Positions 27,051 through 39,000 of a DNA stretch of 64,000 nt are shown piece by piece. The notes below the pieces were generated by a model that did no database searches, was not told the DNA's origin, and worked only from the letters and a program-made list of their open reading frames with translations. The position numbers and the translations under genes are program-made. The number at the start of each line of letters is the position of its first letter. The first letter of the stretch is position 1. The stretch comes from Eledone cirrhosa (taxonomy: Eukaryota): positions 58,590,001-58,654,000 of the forward strand of contig OZ024742.1 in the NCBI GenBank assembly GCA_964016885.1, in the 5' to 3' direction.

Positions 27051-30000
27051 CCGTTTTACGTCCGTTCTTCCACGCTAGCATGGGTTAGACGGGTTGTCCT
27101 GTTGTGGGCAGTGTCTGGTCGGCTGACCATGCCTTGCTCATACAGGAACTGATCTGGCTTGATTTCTACAGCTGGATGCCCTTCCTAACACCAACCTCAT
27201 TTACAGTGAGTGCTGGGTGCTTTTTCGTGGCGCCTACACGTCCACTTTACAGTGTGGGCTGGGTGCTTTTTTGCCGTGGCACCTCCACGACCATATTGGG
27301 GGGGCATATTGTTTATATGCTTCAGCATGTACCCATGGGAGGTCGGGTACCCTGTATTACTGCGTGACGCCAGAAGTCACGGTCGTGTGTCATTGACTTT
27401 GAGAGGTGTAGTTGGGTAAGGTCGGCTTTTATCACCTCATCCCAAGTCATCTTGGGTCTCCCCACTCCGCGGTTTCCATCAACTTCTAGTGCTCTGCACC
27501 TTTTTATGCAGCTGTCATCCTTCATACGCATCACATGTCCATACCAGCGTAACCGCCTCTCCTGCACGCAGCATTTGATTCCTCTTATGCTCAGTCTCTC
27601 TCTCAATTCATTTATGCTTTGTCGTTCACGTATATTACTGTTACACATCCATCGGAGCATGCAGGCTTCGTTTCTCTCTAATCTACGTAAGTCTTCCACC
27701 TTCAGCGCCCAGGTCTCACTACCATGCAACATCGCTGTTCGGATACACGCATCATACAGTCTGCCTTTCATTCTGAGGGAGAAGCCTTTTGCAGCTAGCA
27801 GTGGTAGTAGTTCCCTAAACTTCTTCCATCCCGTTCTTACCCTAGTTATTGTACTTTCTGAGCACCCACCTCCGTTGCTAATTCGGTCACCTAGGTAGCA
27901 GAAGCTGTCTACTGTTTCTACAGGGTCCTCCCAGAGATTGGTGGTACTTGTTTCCTGTGGCTGTTTGCTTGCTGTTTCAGCACAGCTGCTGCATGTGAAT
28001 CCTACATTCTTAATTAAGCTTCCTGAGATCCCGCTACATCTCTTGTGTACCCATTGTTTGCATTTGGGGCAAAGAATGGAGTTCCTACCTACACCTTTCC
28101 TACATACTGAGCAAGGCCATTTCCCTGAGGGGATCTGGGTTCTGTTTTCTCGTCTACTTATAAGGACCTTAGTCTTTGTCATGTTGACTTTGAGGCCCTT
28201 TCTCTCTAGTCCCTGCTTCCAGGTTTGGAATTTATTCTCTAGTTCTACCATAGATTCAGCTATGAGTGCGAGGTCATCAGCATACAGGAGTTCCCATGGG
28301 CATCCGGTCTTAAACTCCTCCGTTATTGCCTGCAGGACTATGATGAACAGGAGAGGGCTAAGAACAGAGCCCTGGTGGACCCCAACCTGTACGCTAAATT
28401 CCTCGCTATACTCATTGCCAATCCTAACTTTGCTGACTGCTCCCCTATACATGGCTTGTACCGCTTTCACAAGCCATTCATCTACTCCTAGTTTTCTAAG
28501 AGCCCACCAGATTACTGCACGTGGAACTCTGTCAAAGGCTTTCTCAAGGTCGACAAATGCCAAGTAGAGTGGCTTACTTTTAGCTAGGTACTTTTCCTGT
28601 AATTGCCTCACAAGGAAGAGCGCATCAGTGGTGCCTTTCCCTGGAACAAACCCAAATTGCATCTCGTCTATATTCACCCGGTCCCTAATCAGCTGTGCTA
28701 TAACTCTTTCTGTTACTTTCATGACCTGGTCCATCAACTTTATACCTCTATAGTTTCCTCTATCTAGTGCATCGCCTTTACCTTTGTAGCAGTTGACAAT
28801 GATGCTACTGCACCAATCTTTTGGTATGGCCCCCTCTAGTATTACCTGGTTAACGATACGTGTGGTTATAGTGTGACCTACAGACCCAGATGCCTTCAGC
28901 ATCTCGGCAGCTATACCCGATGGACCGGTTGCCTTCCCTATCTTCATATCTCTGATTGCCTTACTTACTACGCTGCCGCTGACTTGTACTGCTGGTCCCT
29001 CTATAGGGTCTACGTGGGGTAGGGTCTCTTCTTCCCATGCATTCTCCTCATTTAGTAATCTATCATAATGACTCTTCCATGCATCTTTCTTCTCAGCACT
29101 TGTGAGGGCAAGCTCACCTTTATCATTCCGGATACACTTCTCTCCAATGACATCACAACTATCTCTGACACACTGCCTCGCAATCTTGAATACCTCCTGT
29201 TTCTGGTCCTCACGTTGTAAAACATGCTTGAATTTTCTATCCTCTGCTTCCCTCCTAGCTAAGTATACTTGTCGCCTAGCTTCCCTCTTGGTCTCTATGT
29301 AATGTACCCTGCTCCCCCCGTTCTTCCATTCTTTCCATGCCTGTCTCTTGGCCTTGACTGCTTCATCTACCTTATTGTTCCACCACCAAGTCACTCTCCT
29401 CCTGCTTGAGGTCTTACTCCAGCCACAAACCTCATCCGTCGCCTCTAGTAAGTTATTTTTTAGGAACTCCCAGTTCTCTTCTACGTTAAATGTCTCTATC
29501 TGTTCTTCTTTACTGTCGTAGGCGTTGAGTAAAATATCTTTAAATCTGTTACTGGTTGAGGGGACTTTCAGCTTCCAGATCTTTCTTCTCCAGGTTGGCC
29601 TCTGTTTCAGGGCTCGTCTAGTTCTGACCGTGAGGTCGCTGACAACTAAGCTATGTTGGGATGTACATTCCTCACTAGGGAAGGCTTTTGTGTTTACGAC
29701 CGTCCATCTGTCACGTCCTCTGATGAGGATAAAATCTAACTGACTAGAGTGCTCCCCTGATCTATAGGTGATCAGGTGGTTGTCGGGTTTTTTAAAGTTT
29801 GTGTTACATATCGACATGTCATTGGCGTCGCAGAATTATTATTATCATTAATCAAATGTCTTTACCATGCCATTTGTAGAGGTTTGTTTAAAATTATACA
29901 GAGTATTGTAATTTATTTGGATTGTGCACTATTTCTTCTTTTGTAACTTGTTTTATTTCTGAAATTTTACCCTAGATTCCTGGTGGTTGCATTGAAGATT

Positions 30001-33000
30001 CTTGTGTATTGCAAGGAATTATGCTGAACAAAGATGTTACACATCCTAAAATGAAGAGGTAAGTTAATATTCTAATATTGAGAATATTGTATCAAGGTTA
30101 TTTTTATTTTAACAAGTATTTTATGGTTGTTATTCCTGCTAAAGTAGGGGTTCTTGTGGCCCCATGACAACTTTCATACTCATTGTGAAGCCCTATTTGA
30201 GGCAGTGTTAATGAATATATGATGCAGTTATAGTACTGTTTTGTACTTTTTCAAGAATTTCTTGCTAATGTGTTTTGAAGTTGTACAGGACGTTAAAAGT
30301 TTAAATACGTAGCATCTAAATGACATTTCCTCTATTTACAGAAAAATAGAAAACCCTCGCATTCTTTTGCTAGATTGTTCTTTAGAATACAAGAAGGGAG
30401 AGAGCCAGGTAATTCTATTTTCACTTAATTTTATTTCTACCTAGTTATGTAAAAAAAGCCATTCCTTTTATTGGTTACAGTAAATCAATACAAACATTTT
30501 AATCCTTTCAACACTAACCTGTTTGGAATCACCCATTAAAGTGTTCAAATATAAATTTAAATTTTGGACTGAAATCTCATTACATGAGAGATATTTTGGA
30601 GTCACCTATTAAAGTGTTCAAATATAAATTCAAAATTGAAAGTTTAACTAAATCTCCTATAAATATTGTTTTGATAATTTAAACACATTATATTCTTGTA
30701 ATAAAATCTGCAAAAGAGTTAAGGCCATTTTTCTGCTAAGGCAGGGTTTAGCACTGCTGACTTTACAGCCAGATGCCTTTCCTGGCATCAGTCCTCATAG
30801 TCACCTTTTATGATAATCAGCAATATGGTGTACCTATTTTAAGCTGGATACATACATAACTCATTTTTCCCTTGTGGCCAGAATTGATTATTTCCCTTAG
30901 TATTTGACACTAACCTCCTTGTTTTAACACGACCTCCCTAAGCCAATAGTGAGAATCGATAGTTTTTTAACATGACCATATCAAAACTGCTCTAAGTTTA
31001 TAAAAGTTTTGTATTTCAGATTATTAAATAACAAATAATTTCATATAATAAAATGTAAGCAAAAATATGAAAAAAAAATTTGTTTTTTTTGTAAGTATTA
31101 TCATATACATATCTTTAAGTGAAATGTTCTAGATCGTAGGGCTTGAAACAATAAATAACAGAGATTTACCTTGCATTGCTCACACCCTGTTTTTTGGAAC
31201 ACTGCTTACATGTTCTCTTTTCCCCTAAGTTTACAGGCCAGTACATAGCACCCTGAACCTGGGGAACTTCTTCCAAAGGCATTTTCCTTTTATACGAATA
31301 ACCCTCGATAAGTTGCTGGGCCAGGTTCATTCTGAAACTCATCTGGATACATTTTTTCTTGCTTTTTCTAGACGAGTTTATGGTTTTGGGATTGTTTCAA
31401 CAACAAAATAAAACAAATACTTCCATTTATTTGGCTTCCTTCCATTGCAGTAGCTGGCTCTCATCTGGTCTGCATGGTCCACTCCATTATGTGCTCCATG
31501 TGGTCTTTTACTGCCCTTGGACATGGCACAATGTGGTGTTCCCGTCTTTTATTTTCACCTGACAATTGTTAAATCATTGGGACTGAAATTTGTGGCCAGC
31601 AGTGTCACAGTCCTCTTATGCCAGGCTGTTGCTACCAAGTTCCCTTTTTGCCTCTTTATTGTGTCAGCTTGTTGCCTCAATTTTGCTGAGGTAACAGCTT
31701 TTGGCATGTCTTTTTTTTTTCTTATTGTCCCGCAAGAATAGGTCCCATTTTTTAAAAGTTCTTTGAAGGTTCCTGAAAGTTTGACAGGAGAAAAAAATTA
31801 TCACAATACACGTGATTCCCCCCCCCCCCCCATGTCCGTTGTGAAGTCTTACACATCTCTTTCTCCAAATCCTTATTCTGTTTGATTTGGGACTTTCCCT
31901 GTATAAACTTGAAAGTCGTTTACATAGCCGTTGTATGGATCAGCCTGCATCCATATTTTTATCCCACACTTTATAGGCTTCAGTGAAAGATATTGTTTGA
32001 AACCAAGTCATTCAGTGAAAGTAGCCATGCCTTCATCATTCCATGTTTCACAGGGTAGACTGTATTGCAGCTTCAAGTTCCTATGTATCCTTTCAATCAA
32101 TGGCTGAACATGGGCAAGTTTGTCATAGTCAGGGTGGCCAGGTGCTGGATTCTGGGTGAAATCTGAAATATGGAAATACTGGTTCAGTTTGTCCAGTCTG
32201 TCCCTTTTAATCACTTCCCTAGTCTTTGTGACTGGAATAAATTATCTTTTAAAAAATACATGTCCTGATTAGGGACAGAAGCAACTCCCATCACTATCTG
32301 AAACGTAATATAGGCCCTCATTTCTGAAGCAGTTATATTTTTCGCCATTTCTGTTTTAATGTCATGACTATACTCATAGTTAGGGAGCAAGGAGTTAAAT
32401 GATGATGATACATGCAGCAATATGGCGTAATTATTCTAAACTGGATACACACAGCATACAGCAAATGAATAAGTATAAGAGTACAGTTGTCCCCTGGTAT
32501 TCGCAGGGGTTACGTTCCTAGAGCATCCGCAAGGAGTGAAAAACCACATATTGGATGTGGTCCATAAAAATGCCTATAAACGTCAAAACATAATGTAAAA
32601 TAAAGGCCGGCAAATACAGCATATTGTTATTAATAATTTAGTGTTAAAAAGTGAAAAACGGCATTAAAAAATTGCAGAAGATATTTACGAATCCACAAAT
32701 GTGGTTTTCATGAACAATTATTAGTTAGGTTCTAAGGAAAACTCCACGAATGCTGGGGGTACATAGTTTTTATTTCTCAAGTATCATCATGGTATGGGTT
32801 GGACTGGCAGTTATAGACCAGTTCAGTTCTTAATCTTTTCATTATCATATCCTTCATGAAATACACTTCTTATGGTATTGAAATAATCAAGAATTTGGAA
32901 GATTTAGTCATTATTAAGTTGGTGTTTGGAACATAACTTAAAGGTTCTTACATAAAATTATGTTGAAATCTTTTTAGTTTTAGAATTAATCACTGTTTTA

Positions 33001-36000
33001 GATGGATCGACACACCATACCTTTCATACATTTTAATTTTTGCATAGTTTCTACAACTGGATGCCCTTTATAACACCAGTCACTTTACAGGAATATGTGT
33101 TGTAAATAAATGAGAAGATAGTTTTACTTGGTTCATAATTCTACTTTTTTACTTTGTCTATTTTACATCTTACATTGTTCTGTTTATTTATTTTTTATAT
33201 TATTATTATTACAGCAGTAATTGTTTTATCAATGTTTGTTTATTTTCTACCCATACCTGGCTAGAGTATATTTAATTTAATATAATATATTTAAGATTTT
33301 GTTATTTTTTAAATTAAAGTCTTATATCAAAATAACATTTTTTCATTATTTCATTGATTGTCAGACAAACATTGAGATATCTGCCGAAGAAGATTTTGTG
33401 TAAGTATTAATATTGTCTTGTGTGTGTGTGTGATAAAAGCCGACCTTACTCAATTATACCTCTCAAAGGCGATGACACACGACCGTGACCTCTGGCGTCA
33501 CACAGTAATACAGAGTACCCGACCTCCCATGGGTACAAGCTGAAGCATATAGACAATATGCCCCCACACCCCACTGCAAGGTGGTCGTGGAGGTGCCACG
33601 GCAAAAAAGCACCCAGCCCACACTGTAAATGAGGTTGGTGTTAGGAAGGGCATCCAGCTGTAGAAATCAAGCCAAATCAGTTCGTGTATGAGCAAGGCAT
33701 GGTCAGCCGACCAGACACTGCCCACAACAGGACAACTCGTCTAACCCATGCTAGCATGGAAGAACGGACGTAAAACGTCCACTTTACAGTGTGGGCTCGG
33801 TGCTTTTTTGCCGTGGCACCTCCACGACAACTTTGCAGTGGAATGATAAGGACCCGAGTCCCTATCATCTCATTTCTACAGTTGAGTAAACTGGAGCAAT
33901 GTGAAATAAAGTGTCTTGCTCAAGGAAACAACACATCACCCAATCTGAGAATTGAACTCACAACCTTTTGATTGCAAGGCCAATGCTCTAACCACTAAGC
34001 CATGTGCCTCCATACATACATACATAAATGAGTTGCACTACATAAATATGCATCACATACACACACACACTTACAATATATATATATATATATAATAATC
34101 ATCATCATTTTACGTCCGCTTTTCCCCGCTTGCATATATATATATATATATATATAGTAAGTGTGTGAGTGTGTATATATGTGTTATGCATATTTATGTA
34201 GTACAACTCATTTTTTTCCAGCTGAGTGGATTGGCAGGAAATAATATAACTAATAATTCTTCAAAAGGTTTTTATTGTTTCATGTAATATAAAGACAAAA
34301 ATAAAAAAAATAATGGTATAAAGTGCAGTGTACAAAAATATTAAAATGAGCAGGGCTATATCACAAAAACATTTGGCTGCCTCAATGGAAGATAAACAAA
34401 CTAATGGCAACATACTGAAAGTGTACTGGATCATGGGGTGCCAAATTTAAGAAGTCCCACTTATATATTGCTCCACAACTAGGAATCTACATCTATACTT
34501 TGACAGAGAAGTTCCCACGTCTTGAAGTGCATGAGGCAGTTAAGCTAATCCAGCATTTCCTATCTCCAGTCATAGATGTTGCACAATGTTCTGATGGCAA
34601 TTCATTTTAGGTCTTCACTTTCTTTTGCCCCCTGCCACCCAGCACAAAGTTTTGTTGGCTGGCTTCATTTATGGCAGTGTGGAAAGATATCCAAGTCAGC
34701 TAAGGTGCTTTTTGCAGATTTTTAATGATACTGGCTGCTGACCTATTTGTTCCCTGATTTCTTTATTTGTAATAAAGACGTTCCATTTGACATCAAGGAA
34801 TTTCCTTAGGCATTTGGTCACAAGCTTTTTCTCTTAACTGCTTTTGAGTTGCCACGTCTCACAACCATACAGAAGATTAAAGATTATGGTGGAGTTGGAG
34901 AATCGTAGTTTCAGCTTGAGAGAACTTTTCGCTGGCACAGATTTTGTTGAGTTAGCTAAATTTCTATTCTCTAGCTGACAAATCTTACGACCATTTAAAC
35001 TCTAAAAGTTGTCTCCCATAACAGGAGTAACTTCCCCTGCCATCTAGTTACTACAAATTTTAACGTTTTAATTCATTTTGAGTTTTGAATATAATAAATG
35101 TGATTTGTTAATAATGTGGCACGACTTTTTATTGAAATGACTGAGAAAAAACTTTCATGAAACAAATTTAAAAAATAATTTATTTTGTAAAATATATTTA
35201 ATAAGTTATAAAAATATAGAATTATTAAGCTATCCTGGAGCTCATTCATCTCTCCTCCCCACATCATCCATCACTAATCACTGTATTCAGTATGTTGTCC
35301 CTCTGTGACTCCTTCCCTGTTAAAAAGAGGGTGGATTTGTGTCAGTTTTAGCAAAACGGAACACAACCAGCATTGATCTTTCCCATGTTAGAGGGTGTGT
35401 GAAGGTCACGGGCACTGTACCTCCCTCCAGACCAAGGCCTTTTTGAAACAATTTTATGGCTGGATGCCCTTCCTGTTTTACTGTTTAGCCAATTGAAGGC
35501 CACTTTTTGCCATTTCTTCATCAACCCTTTTAGCACCATCTCACTTGAAATCATCTCTATTTTAGTATTCAAAAGAAATTCAGATCCTGTGATTGAAATT
35601 TCATTGTTACATTACAGATAACATTAGATTCCATAAATTAAGTTATGTTTTTGAAATATGCAAAACCACTATATTAAAAATTGCATTATGTTAAAAATGG
35701 AAGTCTTTACTCTAATACTGCATATTTTCACAATGATCTGTTTGCTAGTAAAGATACTATAAGCATTTGAATTAACAAACCCATTTTAAAACGTTTTCTA
35801 CTGAATCATTATAGTTAAGAATGAATATGAAAATGGTTAAACTGAAATTTTTCTTTGTTTAAAGTTATGAAATATGATATGGAAAAGGTTAAACTGAAAT
35901 TCTGTCTATTTTCAGCAAGGTGTTACGTCTTGAAGAAGAATATATCCAGGAAATCTGTAATGACATTATTGCAGTAAAACCTAACTTGGTCATCACTGAG

Positions 36001-39000
36001 AAGGGCGTGTCTGATCTGGCCCAGCATTTCCTTATCAAAGCTGGTATTAGCTGTATTCGTAGAGTTAGGAAAACTGATAACAACCGTATTGCAAGGTAAA
36101 CCAATCACCTTTCTAATTAGCCTTGTTTTGTTTGTTTTATGTTTTTTAAGTTCTATCTCTGGCATGTTGTTTTGTTGTGCTTTGTTACTTTTTCTTGCTG
36201 CCAAGTGAAGGAGCATGGCCATGTGGTTAGGAGGTTGAGCTCTTGATTAGGAGGTTGAGCTCTTGATTATAAGATCATCAATTTGATGTGGTCATTGTAT
36301 TCTTTTGTTTCTCTTCATGATAAACTGGGCCCCCCCTATCATTAAAACACCAAGAAACTTCCCATAAGATACAATCATATAGGCTCCCAGCTAAACTGAT
36401 ATGGCTGTGAGCTATTTTCTTCATAATATGACTGGGGATCCTATCATTAAGTCACACAAGAAAGCTATGAGATACAACCATATAGGAGGCCAGCTAAACC
36501 TACATAGGTGTGTTCTGTAAATTTCATTTGTTTTTCATTGTCTGTGTCAATTGTGTATTAGACTTGATACATCACCCAGTTTATCTCCACTGCCTGGCTC
36601 TTTGGTGTCCCTAGTGGAGTTCAGCCTATTGCAAGCATTTGAACCAAGTCTCCAATTTAAGGATATCTTGTGTGGCACTGCTGGATACATCCACTCTGAT
36701 GGTTGGGAATTGGCAGAGTTCCTGGACTATTCCTGGTTCTTTCTGCTTAAAATTAAAATCCCAACATCAACTTTGCCTTTCATCCTTAAGTATCAACCCA
36801 GGGCATTGGATTAGGGAAGTAGTTAGTGTTCAAGGGAGTAGTTGAGGCATTCCATTCTGAGTTCAAATATGTGTTGTACTACTTCAGCATAATTGCCACT
36901 AAGATGCTAGTGCCACAAAAAAATGTACAGCATAGCCTATATGGTGGTTGGTGATTGGAAAGGCATCCAATTGTTGTGTAGAAAACTTGCCAAACAAATG
37001 GCTGGGAGAACTCTTTAGCTGTCAAAGACCTTCTTTGGTGCTAGAATAAAATGCACTCCATAGGGTATGGACACATGTGAGCAAGATGCATGTCTCTGAC
37101 CAGTCAGGTCAGTAGATTTGATTATATACTGATGCGATGTCCAACTCTTGCTAGCATGGAAAAGGGATATTAAATGATAATGACTGTCCACTCTGATGGG
37201 ACCTCAGAACATCTTTTAACAACTGGAATATTTCAATGGTAGATCTGAATAACATTTTGGAGGGTGTTTCCTTCCAATTGTCGTTGTAAAAGCTGTAGGT
37301 TGGAACAGTTTGTTACTATTGACAACTGAGAGAAATGTTGAAATGATTTGGAATGCAATCATTATCATCACTAGCAGAAAAACCACTCTTCGGGTGGTTT
37401 TCTGCTAGCCTGTGTAGGTGTGCATATTGATATTATACGCAAGTATATATACATGTAGATATGATACATCAAATAAAATCGTAATTGACAATATATACAG
37501 AAATTGAACGAAGACTGTTACACTGTCTTATGTAATCAGTAACATAATCCATTGATGGAAATATATGACTGTTTATTTAAGCGATCGCTAACCGGAAGTG
37601 TTGACATTTGAAACTTTTAAAGAAGTGAATCTTAAAATAAGCGACAAAATTATTTATATTTAATCAAGAATAACAAAATTTAGTAGATAAATTCTGTAAT
37701 ATTCATTCATTATTTATTCAAAGTAATCCGACATATTTTACTTACGGGATAAAAAAATAAATTCTGGACGCTGTCCCGCATTCCTCCCTTTATTATAGTT
37801 TAGATTATTTTACATCTGTTTTCAATGATGGTATGGATTAGACCACATATCAGTTATACATTCTATATTTGGCATGGTTTCTATGGCTGGATACATTTTC
37901 TTGACAACCACTTTACAGTGTACTGGATGCATCCGTTTTCTATGGGTTATACCACATATCAGTTATACATTCTATATTTGGCATAGTTTCTATGGCTGGA
38001 TACATTTTCTTGACATCAATCACTGTACACAGTGTGCTGGGTACATTTTATTGTGGTACCAGTTCTAGCAAGGTCATGTCCTTGACATGACTGAAGAGTC
38101 CTTTTTACTCTGCAATATTATTGTTTGAATGCCAATTTCATTTCTAATGGCAAAAACAGCTTGTGATTTTCAAATTATAAAAAAAAAAATCGATTTTAAC
38201 TTTCTCATTAAGTAAGTTGTTATTTGGAACATAACTTAACCATTTAGCATTTACATTACTAGCGTGGAAGATGGACGTTAAACGATGATGATGATTACTC
38301 TATACATATATTGTAATTTAGTAGTAAAGGCTTTACATAATATCACATAATATCAACTCTGAAATTTTGATATTATTTATTTTGAACAGAAAGAGGTGAA
38401 AGAATTCTGGCTGGATATAACTGGTTTAAATGCTAAAGGGTTAAAAGTTCTGACATCAAATTATGAGAATGTTTTTAGATGAATATAAATATTTAAAAAC
38501 AAGCTCCGACGTCTGGCAATGGACTTGGTAAACACCCACAAAGTTATTAACCATCTCGCCAACAACAACCCTGAGCACCTTTTTGATCTCCATGTGTCTA
38601 AAACACGTGGACATGCCTACAAAATCAGAAAACAGCACAGCTCCCATGACTTTCGGAAACATTTTTTCACGCTCAGAGTTGCTGAAGTATGGAACAAACT
38701 GCCTGCGTCAGTTGTTAGCTGCCGAGACACTGCATCCTTTAAAACCCTCATGCTTCCCGAAATTCGCCAAAACTACACCTGATGTACCCCTTCCATACAC
38801 ATGCACATGTGTATATCATGACTCATGCACTGTTCATTTTCCTGACGTTTGTACATTATCCTATGTACTATACATACACTTTTTGATGAGTTGTAGTGCA
38901 CCTGAGCACTGTACACACTATTTCATTATTATTTAAACAGTTTTGTATTGTAGAACCAAGGATAGTTTCAGGCAGTTAGATCTCAAAAGTGCTCGACTCT

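Noticed and set aside
27452-29743. Antisense and alternate-frame ORFs over the RTE (and over the Tx1 at 58283-59873)
   Set aside because: Shadow ORFs of the retrotransposon coding strand.
37842-38040. Direct repeat of about 107 bp; any CRISPR-like array
   Set aside because: Simple duplication of decayed retroelement tail sequence. The DNA is eukaryotic and has no repeat-spacer structure.
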